NCBI RefSeq assembly: GCF_009914755.1 | Contig: NC_060937.1 | DNA length: 64,000 nt | Reading direction: 5' to 3' (one strand) | Source: the human T2T-CHM13v2.0 reference genome, Homo sapiens | Shown: piece by piece, positions 41,783 to 54,405 of the stretch | Layout of the letters: each line of letters starts with the position of its first letter | Numbering within the stretch: position 1 is the first letter of the stretch | Translations under genes and position numbers: made by a program | The notes under the pieces: model-generated | Database searches by the model: none | What the model saw: only the letters and a program-made list of their open reading frames with translations | What the model was told of the DNA's origin: nothing

Positions 41783-43229
41783 GCTCTTTTCACCTCTAAA
41801 TGAACAGGTTTTCTCTAAAGTCGCAGGCCAAGGAATCGTTTCTGTGTCCTCCTGAGGTGCGTCCTCAGCCTCCGGTGGGCTGCGCCATCCCCCCTCCTCC
41901 CTGGCTGGGCTCCTGGGTGGGCTCTCGCCATCTGGGCGTCAGCTGGTCCCCGGGAGCAGCCGAATTGCTTGTCATGAACTCTCAGACCAAACCTGTGATT
42001 GTTTCTCCCTCTTTTTCCATAAATCACACTGAAAGGCACTGAAGGTTGGTGTTAGGCCTTTGTCTGCCCCAACGGTTTCATTATATGAAGGCAAGTGTGG
42101 GAGCACATTCACAAAACACACGTGCGTGCGCACGCATGCACACACCACGGCCCACATGCTCACACTCGCGCGCACACACACACTCCCACGGAGGTGCGTC
42201 ATGGGAGCTTTCTCAGCGGGTGGCTGGGTGACTTGCTATTCTATGGCTTCCAGACGGTGGTTTCCACTGTGCTCCAGGCGCCCGTGGCCGTGGCCCCGCC
42301 GAGGAGCAGGGTCCAGTCTCTGACCGCAGTCGGGGGTGTCCCCAGGTTCCGGACCTCGGGCGCCTGTCCATTCTGGAGGGCCACGCGGGGCATGCATCTA
42401 GGCAAGTGTGGGAGCCTCTTGGTTAGAAACAAAGCAGGGCCCCTGGCCGGGGCCTCCCAGGGCTGACTTTAGGACGGATGCGCAGACAGCACTCACTGGA
42501 GCTCAGATGCCATCGAGGAAAATGTGGCACTGCCTCGTGTGCTGCTGAGGAAGAAGACAGATGGTGAATTACAGCTCTAAGGGCGTCATATGGGGAGATG
42601 CGTGCCTTCCAACTGTTGAGAGAGGCCGAGGACACCGTGCTGCTAGGCCTCTGTCCCCATGGGGTTCCGGCACACCGCCCTCCCTCCCAGCAGGAGCCTC
42701 TGTCCGTGGGGTTGGGGTGCACTGCCCTCTCTCCAGGAAGGAGCCTCTGTCCCCTTGGGCTACTCATTGTTACCTGTGGTCTCATGTCTGTCCCCTCAGG
42801 GGAAGATAAACACCCAGAGACAGAGACTTGTGTCTGCTTCCTCCATTGCTGTGTCACCTAGAACGCATCCGGCCATAATAGTACTTCACCAGTGGGGGCC
42901 CAAAGGACCGATGAGTGATTCTCATTCTCATCTGTTGCAGTGTTACTAGTGGTTTCTAATACTTTTCTTGGTTCAGAACTAGGAGACTTTGAGAAATACT
43001 AATAAAACTAAACGTGGGCAATGTGACCCTAGCTTATTTGCAGGTGATGCAGTTTTGTGGCATTTTAGTTTTGGTACTTCCTGCTGTCCTCTACCATAGC
43101 AATTATAAGCACTTTGCAATGGTCAGTTTATGGGTCTGTCTTCTTCACTAGTCTATAAATCCCTTAAGGGCAAGAACTGTGTCTCGTTATCCTTACCATT
43201 TGGCACTGTGTCTGCTCCATGAATGTTGC

Positions 43230-44140
43230 AGATGGTCGGATGGATTGATAGTTGGATAGGGCCACAAATGGGTGTATGGCTGAATGGTTGGATGGATGGA
43301 TAGAAGGATGGATAATGGGTGGATGACAGGAATGGATGGATGGGTGGATGTGGATGAATGGAAGTATGGATGATGGATGGATGGATAGAAGGATGGATGA
43401 TGGATGGATGGATGGATGTGGATGAATGGAAGGATGGGTGATGGATGTGGATGGATAGAAGGATGGATGATGGATGGATAGATAGGAGGATGGATAACGG
43501 ATGATGGATGGATGGTGGACAGATGGAAGGATGGAAGTATGGATGACAGATGGGTGAATGGATGGATGTGGATGAATAGAAGGATGGATAATGGATGGAT
43601 GATGGATGATGGATGGACAAAAGGATGGATGACAGATGAATGGATGGGTGGATGTGGATGAATCGAAGGATGGATAATGGATGGATGATGGATGGATGGT
43701 TGGATGATGGTTGGATGGATGGATGTGGATGAATGGAAGGATGGATGATGGATGTGGATGGATAGAAGGATGGATGATGGATGGATACATAGAAGGAGGG
43801 ATAATGGATGATGGATGGATGGATGGAAGGATGGATGACAGATGGGTGGATGGATGGATGTGGATGAATGGAAGGATGGATAATGGATGGATGATGGGTG
43901 GATGGATGGAAGGATGGATGGATACATGGATGGATGGATGGATGGATGAAGTATGGATGACAGATGGGTGGATGGATGGATGTGGATGAATGGAAGGATG
44001 GATGATGGATGCATTATGGATGAATGAATAGATAGATGTAGAGGATGGAAGGAAGAATGGGTGGATGCACAGATGATTGATTGGATGATTGGATGGATGG
44101 TTGGGTGGGTGGGTGGATGATTGGATGGTTGGAGGGATGA
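43230..44140. repeat. Degenerate (GGAT)n repeat, probably grown from an L2 3' tail
   Basis: TGGA periodicity; preceded by an L2-end-like stretch at about 43090-43240. Confidence 0.92.
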
Positions 44141-44553
44141 GTTTATTAGTCTGAAATCCTTCTTGCTACCTTCCTAGTAGAAGAGACAATATTTTCTTTT
44201 ATGAAACGATGCAGGAGCCTAACACCTGTGATGTGGGGTGGTAGGGATGCCCCTCAAAAGGCCAAGCACCTGTCTCCCTTCTGCTGCCCTTGTTGACTGA
44301 TGGAGAATATGCATGGCCCGAGGTACCCTCCCATGGGGCTTTCTGCTGTCTGGCCTCCTGGATGCAGCAGCCCAGCTGCTCTGCAGGGAGCGTGGAGTCT
44401 CCCATCTTGTGTTCTGTGTCTGGGAGGCTCAAGTTGGTGTTGGCCTTGGTCCTTGAGGCCCTGAGCCTGAGACCCACAGGCCTGAAATTGCCTCTGGCCT
44501 CTCCCGCCTGGAGGCACCTGTTTTATTCCATCTGTGTTTATCTGTTTCTCTAG

Positions 44554-44634
44554 GAACCGAGGCCCCTCACCACGGGAAGATGCCAGTTTTACTCCAGTGG
44601 GGTGGGGTACTTGTACGATGTCTACCAGACAGAG
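44554..44634 (+). CDS. TMEM255B: TMEM255B exon 5 ([27 protein letters not shown])
   Basis: Acceptor tctgtttctctAG; donor GAG|GTGAGC; 81 nt, phase 0-0. Confidence 0.95.
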
Positions 44635-45277
44635 GTGAGCAGGAGCACTGAGATTCACGTGGGTTTTGCTCAGCTAACCCCGCCGACCCCACGCGGTTTT
44701 CCCTGCACATAGGCGTGGTCTGAATATTTTGATTCTAATAGTTCCTGGGGGTCACCCCTGCAGCTGGTGAACCGTTGATGCCCCCTGTGTTTGGGACCTT
44801 GACATTTCGATGTGCTGTATTTCACTCTGGAGTCAGAGTTCTGGACTTGCTTCATTAAATCACAACAGTCTCAGAGTGCACGTGTCCAGTTCTGTATGGC
44901 TCTTCCAATTAGCATTTTTCTAATTTAATTATTGCAATAAGAAGCAAGGATAATACATTTACAGTGTCCGAGAAACTTCTGGATTTCCCTGAGCCACCGA
45001 CAGCGGCAGTGTGACCTCATTTCTCTTTCCAGGTGAGTGAGATGCGGGGAGTAATGACCCGCGGGCGGCCGCCGCCTTCGCCAGGACCGTCGGAGGGCAC
45101 AGCTCTGTGACGGCGCTCTCTGTGTGTCTCGCACCTGCCCTGTGTGGATTCCTGGCTTTAACTAAACGCAGCCTCTCATCCTCAGCACGCGTGTCAGAGG
45201 AGGAGGAGCTGGAGGCCCTCTCAGTGGCCAGCACCTGCCAGCTTGTCTGGGACTCTCCAGCAGCTGCCGGGAGGCAT

Positions 45278-45514
45278 CGTGTGTGTGTGTGTGTTTATGT
45301 GTGTGTGTGTGTGGGGGGGTAGGCAGGAGGCGTCCCGTGTGTGTTTAGGGGGGAGGTGTCCTGTGTGTGTATGTGTATGTGTGTGTGGAGGTGTCCTGTG
45401 TGTGTGTGGGGGGGGGGGGTAGGCGGGAGGCATGCCATGTGTGTATGTGGGGGGGAGGCATCCTGTGTGTGTGTGTGTGGAGGTGTCCTGTGTGTGTGTG
45501 TCAGGGGAGGCGTC

Positions 45515-45555
<41 letters not shown>

Positions 45556-45565
45556 GGGGGGTGTC
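45278..45565. repeat. Compound (TG)n / G-run repeat in intron 5
   Basis: Repeated (TG)n-G(n)-AGG(C/T)GTCC modules. Confidence 0.9.
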
Positions 45566-46038
45566 CCCTGGCCAGGGCTTTCAAGGTTGTCACACAGAGG
45601 TGGCAGGTGTCTCTTCCGAGGCTGCCAGTGCTCAAGCCTGGGGGGAGAGCGCCCTGGGACGGGGCCTGTTCTGCCGCCCTCCGGGCTCTCAGGCTTCTGT
45701 GCACCCCACGCCGAAGGCCTCCTGGGCTCTGTCCTTCTGCCCACGCACCCTGATATTTCCCTCTGCTCCTGGGATCATGGAGAAGCAAGGCCTCTCCTCT
45801 GAGCCCCGATTATCCGGCCTCTGGGACCAGCCTGTGCCCCTGACCCCTCCTGCAGGAAGGGTCCTGGCCCCCGAGCCCCCAAGCCTCTGTGTCTGGAGTC
45901 GGGGGAAAGTCGGGGGAGGCAGCTGCTTGGCTGGGCCTCAGTGGCCGCTCCCAGCTCCCATGAGGCAGCCCTGCCCTTGGTGGGGTGGGTGAGGTGGTGG
46001 GCACCGGCATGTGACCTGACAAGGCCTCTCTGCCCCAG

Positions 46039-46124
46039 GTCACCTGTCACTCCCTGGACGGCAAGTGCCAGCTGAAGGTGAGAAGCAACACCTGTTACTG
46101 CTGTGACCTCTATGCCTGCGGGAG
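46039..46124 (+). CDS. TMEM255B: TMEM255B exon 6 ([28 protein letters not shown] + 2 nt; Cys-rich loop)
   Basis: Acceptor ctctctgccccAG; donor GAG|GTGAGG; 86 nt, phase 2; NTCYCCDLY motif typical of the TMEM255 family. Confidence 0.95.
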
Positions 46125-46782
46125 GTGAGGGGCGCTGGGGACCCCTATATCTACACCTGAGGGAGGTGAGGGGCGCTGGGAACCCCCGTATGCGCCTGCA
46201 GGGGTGAGGCCTCCATCCTTCTGCTCCTGACATCACCCCCCCCACACCCCTGCACCTACATCGTCTCCTTTACTCCTTAGATGTTTACATGAGGAAAGGA
46301 CATTGAGTCCATTTCACAGATGAAAAGACAGAGGCTCTGAAATGTTGATCTGCCCAAGAGGACACAGCCCGTGTGTGTCGGGCGAGAGTTTAAACCTGGC
46401 CTGGCCTCTGAGGCCCCAGGCATGGCCCCCTCTTGGGACAGGGGCCCGTGACCCCGACGGCCTTCCCATCCTGGCGTGAAGACAGAGATGGCTCAGCCGG
46501 GGCCCAGACACCCGTCCTGCCAGGCCATTGAGGCGGAGGGGCGGGCCCGCCAGGCCCAGTTGCCGCTCTTTGCCACTGTGGGCCCCAGGTGGGGAGCCTC
46601 ACAGGCCAATCCCATCAGACATAGGTTTGATCTCCCAGAGCAGTGCAGGGATGGGCGTTGACTGGGCTCCAGCCCTGATTTCCTCCCCCAGCCCTGCAGG
46701 GCTCAGGTCCAGAGGACACAAGTTTAACTTGCGGGTGGTCACTTGCCTCGTGCGGTGACGCCATGGTGCCCTCTCTGTGCAG

Positions 46783-46942
46783 CGCAGAGCCCTCGCCCGC
46801 CTACTATGAGTTCATCGGCGTCAGCGGCTGCCAGGACGTGCTGCACCTGTACCGCCTGCTCTGGGCCTCTGCAGTTCTGAACGTCCTGGGCCTGTTCCTG
46901 GGCATCATCACCGCCGCCGTCCTGGGGGCCTTCAAGGACATG
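46783..46942 (+). CDS. TMEM255B: TMEM255B exon 7 ([54 protein letters not shown]; TM4)
   Basis: Acceptor ctctctgtgcAG; donor ATG|GTGAGG; 160 nt restores frame; matches ORF 46763..47158. Confidence 0.96.
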
Positions 46943-47932
46943 GTGAGGCCCCTTGGTGGGACCCCCGCTGCTCACTGGGAGCCGGGGCTCCGGGTCCATT
47001 TCCCCGGGGTGGGCTGGGGGGCCTCCAGCCCTCACTTTACAGATGGGGCACTGAAGCCCATGCGTCTGTCAGCAGGGTGTCAGGGTGACAGCTGGCGTGC
47101 ACCGACTCACCTCGGGGCCGTCCTGTCCCAAGCCTGTCACAAGAATCACCTGATTTAATCCTTGCCTCCCCGCTGAGGTGGGCACAGCCGTCCCCAAGAA
47201 ACAATGTTCAGCTCCAAGAGGGAGGCCCAGCCCTTGTGCACTAAGCTCCCATCATTAGCAACTGCCTGGGGCTTCAGATGGGCAGGTCTGGGCTGGGGCT
47301 GAGCTGATGCCTTAGCAAACCCCAGAGGCGAGACCCATACAGCCAGGATTGGCCTGGGCAGGAGGAGGGAGGGAAGGGGCCCCTCGCGGGAGGTGGGCTG
47401 GACCCATCCTGGAAAGGCCGGCCCTCGCCCGGGAAACCACAGGGAAATCACTGGCCCGGGCCGGATGTCCTCTCCCTTCTCCCTCCTCTGCCCTCTCCTG
47501 GCGCCTGTTTCAAACCAGATGTTCTCGTGGTGTGCGGCCAGCAAACCCCGCCCCCTGAACTTGCAGAGAAGCTGTAAGGGATGGGCAGCCAGGAGTGAGG
47601 GAGCCCCAACCCCCAGAGTATCCAAACGGCAGCCCAGGGACGAGGGGCGCCCCCTCTTGCACCCACATGAGGAGGCCTGGCAGCACCAGGCAGACGCACA
47701 TCATGCAGGCCAGACCCTCCATGCCCATCCAACCTCCCAGGCCCACCTCGGCTGCCCCCCTGCTCTCTGCAGGGTCTGAGGCAGAAGCACGGCCTCCTGC
47801 ACATGTGGACCAAGGACCAGCTGCCCAGAAGGCCCTGCCCCTTCCCACCTTCCAGTGCCCGCTGGGCAGGGGGCTCCCTCCCAGCCCCAGGGGTGTGGGC
47901 AGCACCGTTGTCTGAGGACACCTCAGGCCTGG

Positions 47933-48078
47933 GGTCATCACCCTGTCCCGGGGTTTTCACCGTGTCCCCGGGTCGTCACCCTGTCCCGGGGTTGTCACCG
48001 TGTCCCAGGGTCGTCACCCTATCCCGGGGTTGTCACTGTGTCCCGGGGTTGTCACCGTGTCCCCGGGTCGTCACCGTG
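47933..48078. repeat. ~19-bp minisatellite GTCACC(C/G)TGTCCC(C/G)GGGT(C/T), ~7 copies
   Basis: Direct periodicity. Confidence 0.85.
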
Positions 48079-48687
48079 GCCAGCCCCTCGCAGCGGCTCT
48101 GGCCTGGCTTCCCCGCCTTTGCCATCTTCCCCTGGCTTCCCTCCAGGGTGCTGCTGAACCTGGGGGTGGGGGCTGGGGAAGGTGGAGGGGCACCTGTGTG
48201 AAGGTGGGGAGGGAGGCGAAGCCCGGGTGCCCTCGGCCCAGTCCCCGCGTTTCTGGCCCGGGGAAGCCCTGAAGCTTGTGTGAGCCATGGGCCCCTCCCT
48301 CTGTAGGGGATGAGGCCGGCCGGGGCCTGAGTTGGAGCCAGCACCTTCTTTGGAGAATTTTAACTGCCTGAGTGAGTCAGTGAAAGTGTGGACGGGAGCT
48401 CAGGAGACTTTGGTTTTGTTCGCATTCCCCAGAAACCCCACGCTGGTTGGGGCACAGGCTTGGGGAAGCGAGAGCCATCAGCCCGGTGCTGAGAGGGCCC
48501 TCCCCACCTGCACCCTTCTGTGCCGAAAAAGCAGACTTTGGGGCCCGGAGAGAAGGAAACCAGTGCTTTTTTCTCCCCCCCCAAAAAATCAAAAAAGTAA
48601 AAGAGAGCCCGAGCCGAGCGGTCACCCAGTGTGACTAGCAGGTGGCGGGGCCCTGGGACCAAGATGTAGAGAACCTCAGTGTAAAGC

Positions 48688-48950
48688 TACGCCGGGCCGG
48701 GGTTAGCTCCAGCCTGGGTATAAACGCACGCTGGGCCGGGGTCAGCTCCAGCCTGGGTATAAACGCACGCCGGGCCGGCGTTAGCTCCAGCCTGGGTATA
48801 AACGCACGCCGGGCCGGGGTTAGCTCCAGCCTGGGTATAAACGCACGCCGGGCCGGGGTTAGCTCCAGCCTGGGTATAAACGCACGCCGGGCCGGGGTTA
48901 GCTCCAGCCTGGGTATAAACGCACGCCGGGCCGGCGTTAGCTCCAGCCTG
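48688..48950. repeat. 39-bp minisatellite GGGCCGGGGTTAGCTCCAGCCTGGGTATAAACGCACGCC, ~6.7 copies
   Basis: 13-aa repeat in ORF 48642..48983; direct periodicity. Confidence 0.95.
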
Positions 48951-49050
48951 AGAGTCGGGGGTCGAGGGTGCTGGGCTTTCTAGGAAGGCTGGACAGCCCT
49001 TCCCTCCACTAGGGGGTACACGCCGACCGCCCGTCTCCTCTCCATGGCAG

Positions 49051-49194
49051 GTGCCTCTGTCCCAGCTGGCCTATGGCCCAGCCGTCCCACCACAGACCCT
49101 CTACAACCCCGCCCAGCAGATCCTGGCCTACGCAGGCTTCCGCCTGACGCCCGAGCCCGTCCCGACCTGCTCGTCCTACCCTCTGCCCCTTCAG
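49051..49194 (+). CDS. TMEM255B: TMEM255B exon 8 ([48 protein letters not shown])
   Basis: Acceptor tctcctctccatggcAG; donor CAG|GTAGGG; 144 nt; matches ORF 49051..49311. Confidence 0.95.
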
Positions 49195-51394
49195 GTAGGG
49201 CCAGCATCACCTGCTGGAGTTGGACGCGCTGGTCACAGGCAGTGGGATGGACAGGATGGGGCTGGGGTCGGAGGGGATGAGGTCTTGCAGCCGCCTCACC
49301 TTCTGGATTAGGGATGGGAGGTGGGGGGCAGTGACAACCCTGCCGTCAGGGCACAACCTCCCTGCAAGTATGGCCGGGGACCGCGCCAGGTGGCCCTGGT
49401 GACCCGCCACCATGCTCTGCCGGCAGCTGGCTCTTCTGACCCCGGGGCTGGCCCCGCACAGGCCTGGGCAGCTCCCCGCTGCAGTGGTGGAGGCTCCTGC
49501 GTTTGTCTGCTGGTGGACATCCTGTGGGCATGGCCAGGTTATTTAGGTGGAGCCATATGGATCTGCCAAAATCCAACCCCATTTTACCCGCAGACGTGGA
49601 GACATCATAGGGTTCATCCTGACATGATGCTATTGACCTTGGAGATGACGGAGGGAGAGGCCATGGTGGGGGGCGAGCAGGACAGTGGCCCCTGCCTGCC
49701 TGTCCGATTTCCACTCCTGGGCATGACCGCCTTCTGTGCCATGAAGCTCTGTGCTGTGGCCATGGGTGAAACAGACCGGGCCACGTTTCTTACCTCGGCA
49801 CTGTAGGCATTCAGGGCTGGCCAACCGCTGTGCTGGGGCACCCTAGGTGCTGAGGGTGCTGGTGGGCCCTGGCCTCTGCCTGCGGCATATCAGAGCCGCC
49901 GGTGTGACAACCCAAACTCTCCGGACGTGTCCCGTGTCTCCTGCCTGGACGTGCCGTGTGCCCCCGGGGACACAGTTGAGAACCCTGGTCCTGATAAACG
50001 TGGGCTTCCTTTCTGGGTGGGAGGCACTGCCCACATGCCCGGCTGACTGGCAGGTCCTTTTGCGTGAGTTAACAGCAGCCTCTGCAGAGAGAGCTGTGTC
50101 AGGCCCAGCCCGATGAAGCTGCAGATTAAAGCAGGCACCGTGATGTGTTTCTGTGCGGGGAAGGGCAGGGTGAACGTGGGGAGTCGTGAGTTTTGAAGTC
50201 ACACATGACACAGGTCTTCAGATATTCCACAAGAGGACCCTCTCCCGACACATGACGTTGTCAGGAAAAGATCTTCCTTAGAGGGACATCCGGGGGAGGC
50301 CTGTGCACACTCTGCCCTCACGTCCAGGACAGAGAGGGCTCAGGTTTGAGCGGGGCCCGAGAGCCACGACCTTCTCAGCTCACCTGGGGACCTGCACCAG
50401 GGACCCCGAGGAGGGAGCAGGAACCAGCACTCATGGAGATGGTGCGTCTGGGGGTCCCTGGGGTCCAGGGGCCTGTGGGGCTGCTGGGGGTCCCTCGCGT
50501 TCAGGGCCTGCTTGGGTCAGCCACCTTCAGCCATGCCCGGGACACAGCAGCTGTTGGGCTCAGTGGAGATGACCAGGGCCTGACAACATCTCCTCGTGGA
50601 GGGATCCCTGCACCTCATACCTCAGTCTCCCCTCTCACTTCGAATATAAAGCTGGGGCCCTGCTCCCTGGGAACACAAGGCCCCTGCTGGAGGTCTGGCC
50701 TGGAAACATCTTTTCCATTTCTGTGACGGGGGAAGATGTGGTCCCCAGGGTCAGATGGCGGGAGCTTTTGCCAGCGACCCTGCAGTGGTCACTCCTGCAG
50801 GCAGGCGCGTCTGCTTGGTGCCACAGGCAGCTTCATCCTTCCCCAAGCCTCCTGCCCCTGCCCCAGGGACGTCCCCATCATGGCAGGGACCGTGCCCCCA
50901 GGGCCACAGCCCTGTCCTGGGGGCTTCTCTCTGGCCTCCTGGTCTCCCGTGGGAAGTTTGCCAAGCCCAGAACTGGAGGCCCGCAGGGGCAGAGGTATCT
51001 CCAGGGACGCTGGGCCTGCAGGTGCTCCCCAAGCGGCTCTACACAGACACAGACTTGGAATCGCATGGGTGCCAAGAACGTGCAGCCCAGAGCATAGCCT
51101 CGGTGGCCCATGCTGTCTTCCATCCTCAACCTCAGCCGCTGCCCCTCAGGGCCCCAGAGGAGAGACAACACGTGGTTCCATCAGCCCCTTCCTCTTCTCT
51201 GGCTCCAGGGCTGGTTTGGGCCGCCCTGGTGCTGGGGCCCGGCTGTCTGAAGCTCTGGCTGTGAGGGGCCCGGCTTCTCCAAGTTTGCATTCTGACTTGG
51301 GACCTTGGAGACAGTGAGGCTTTGTGGAGGGAGGGGCTGGTGACTCCCTCAGGCAGGTGTGTCCTCCCTGCCTGTGAGCCCCACGGAGGTGTAA

Positions 51395-51812
51395 GATGTG
51401 GGGGTGGTCCTTCCCGTCACACGCAGGCTTACGGGATGTGGAGGGTGGTCCTCCCTGTCACACGCAGGCTTACGGGATGTGGGGGGCGGTCCTCCCCGTC
51501 ACACGAGGGCTTACGGGATGTGGGGGTGGTCCTCCCTGTCACACGTGGGCTTACGGGATGTGGGGGGTGGTCCTCCCTGTCACACGCAGGCTTACGGGAT
51601 GTGGGGGGCGGTCCTCCCCGTCACACGCAGGCTTACGGGATGTGGGGGTGGTCCTCCCTGTCACACGTGGGCTTATGGGATGTGGGGGGTAGTCCTCCCC
51701 GTCACACGCAGGCTTACGGGATGTGGGGGGCGGTCCTCCCTATCACAGGAGGGCTTACGGGATGTGGGGGGTGGTCCTCCCCGTCACACGCGGGCTTACG
51801 GGACGTGGGGGG
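51395..51812. repeat. ~41-bp minisatellite GGGATGTGGGGGGTGGTCCTCCCTGTCACACGCAGGCTTAC, ~10 copies
   Basis: Direct periodicity. Confidence 0.94.
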
Positions 51813-52389
51813 CACAGGGGCAGATCCACTTCATCCCCATGGTGCTCCATCCTCATCCACCCTGGGGCTCTGGGTTTACGCAAAGGGTGGATGTTCCCCT
51901 CTTCCTCTGGGGAGGCCTGGGGCCCTCAGATGGCCCAGCCAGCCTTTGTGCCAGGCCAGCATGTGTGGGAGCTTAATATACGCACGCTGATAATTGGATT
52001 TCAGAGATGGCAAATCAGATGAGGCTCATGTGCTCCTCAGAAGAACAACGGAGGAGGGGCCCTGCTTCCACAGAGATGGAGAGAAAATATTCAGGGTGTT
52101 CCATGGAAGTCGTTAGCAGCAGAAAATACTCCCACTTGAGACAGTGGGGGATGGGGAACAGTGACTTGGTGGGGGAGGTTTTGAGCAGTTAATAAAAAGG
52201 ACAATTTAAAGAGATCACCTTCCTTGCACCCAGCAGCTTTGCCAGGCATGAAGTGCAGGGGAGGACGTGGCATCACAGCAGAAGATGAGTTCCTGCCCCG
52301 TTACTAAGAAACATGCCCTCCCTTCCCCTGTGAGATTACTCGTGGGCAGGGCTTGTCCCTAGGGGGGCCCTGTCATTCAGTGGTTAACC

Positions 52390-53725
52390 CCGTGGTCCCA
52401 GGGTTTACTCTGTGGTTCCTGGGGGTTTATTCCATGGTTCCTGGCGGTTTACTCCATGTTCCTGGGGGTTTACTTTGTGGTCCTGGGGGGTTTACTCCAT
52501 GGTTCCTGGGGTGTTTACTCCGTGGTTCCTGGGAGTTTACTCCATGGTTCCAGGGGTATTTATTCCGTGGTTCCTGGGTGGTTACTCTGTGATTCCTGAG
52601 GGTTTAACTCTGTGGTTACTGGGGGTTTACTTCGTGGCTCCTAGGGGTTTGTTCTGTGGTTCCTGGGGGTTTACTCCGTGGTTCTTTGGGGTTTAACTCT
52701 GTGGTTTCTGGCGGTGTAACTCTGTGGTTCCTGGGGGGGGGGGTTACTCCATGTTTCCTGGGGGTTTACTCCGTGGTTCCTGGGGGTTTACTCCTTGGTT
52801 CTTGGGGATTTATGCTGTGGTTCCTGGGGGTTTGCTCCATGGTTCCTGGGGGTTTACTCTGTGGTTCTTGGGGATTTATGCTGTGGTTTCTGGGGGTTTA
52901 CCTCTGTGGTTCCTGGGGAGATTACTCTGGTTCCTGGGGCTTTACTCCATGGTTCCTCGGGGTTTACTCTGTGGTTTTTGGGGGGAGGTTATGCTGTGTT
53001 TCCTGGGGGTTTACTCTGTGGTTCCTGGGGGTTTACTCCATGGTTCCCGGGGGCTTAACTCTGTGGTTCCTGGGGGGAGGGGTTACTCTGTGGTTCCTGG
53101 GAGTTTACTCTGTGGTTCCTGGATGTTTACTCCATGGTCCTGGGGGTTTACTCCATGGTTCTTGGGGATTTATGCTGTGGTTCCTGGGGGTTTACTCTGT
53201 GGTTCCTGGGGGTTTAACTCTGGTTCCTGGGGGTTTACTCTGTGGTTCCTGGGGGTTTACTCCATGGTTCCCGGGGGTTTAACTCTGTGGTTCCTGGGGG
53301 GAGGGGTTACTCTGTGGTTCCTGGGAGTTTACTCTGTGGTTCCTGGATGTTTACTCCATGGTTCTTGGGGATTTATGCTGTGGTTCCTGGGGGTTTACTC
53401 TGTGGTTCCTGGGGGTTTAACTCTGGTTCCTGGGGGTTTACTCTGTGGTTCCTGGGGGTTTACTCCATGGTTCCCGGGGGTTTAACTCTGTGGTTCCTGG
53501 GGGGAGGGGTTACTCTGTGGTTCCTGGGGGGAGGGGTTTACTCCGTGGTTCCTGAGAGTTTACTCCGTGGTTCCTGGGGGTTTACTCCGTGGTTCCTGAG
53601 TTTTACTCCGTGGTTCCTGGGGGTTTACTCCGTGGTTCCTGAGTTTTACTCCATGGTTCACTCGGTGGTTCCTAGGGAGTTACTCCATGGGTTCCTGGGG
53701 TTTATCTGTGGTCCTGGGGTTTACC
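52390..53725. repeat. ~22-bp degenerate minisatellite GGGGGTTTACTCTGTGGTTCCT, ~60 copies, with higher-order blocks
   Basis: Direct periodicity; longer blocks recur within 53010-53530. Confidence 0.95.
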
Positions 53726-54405
53726 CCTTAGTTTCCTTAACTGCTCATCTGCTGTGAAGAAGAGTGGGTGCTACAGAGTTGGAAGTTGGGAGCTCCCAGC
53801 AGACTTGAGAGAATGTTCCCTAGTGTCTCACTCTGTCGCCTGTGGCCAGAAACCTGTGTGAGTTTCGGGGGAAGAAAGAAATGAGGTTGGCAGGTGTCCC
53901 TGAACCACTGGATCCCATGAGCCTGGGCTGTCAACCTCAACATTGCAGTCCCTCTGAGGAAGGGCCCCATTCTCAGCCTTACCTACACCTGTGCAGAAAT
54001 TCTGCTGTCAGGATCCAGAGGTCCTGCTAGCTCCCAGGGCGTCTGCAGTGCAGAGCTCTCCAGGGAGAGGCTCAGACAGGCAGCTGGCTTCTCTGGGGAT
54101 GCTGAACACGCAGGCTCAGACAGGCAGCTGGCTTCTCATGGGACCCTGCAGGCTGGGGCAAGAGGAGCACAGAGCACATCTGGTAGCTTGGAGTTTGAAA
54201 AACTCTTCCTGTGTTATTTCTTAGAAGGAGTTTGTTTGCTTTATTTATTTAAAATTTGATTAGAAGTTCCCCCTAGAATTTAAGGGGAAAAAAAGAAAAG
54301 AATTAAGATGTGTGTTAGCAGTTGGAGAAAAACTAGAATGTATCAATTTAAAATCTGTGCCGTTCTTCGCTTTTCTGGTCTCAGAATTACTTGGGTGGGT
54401 CTATG

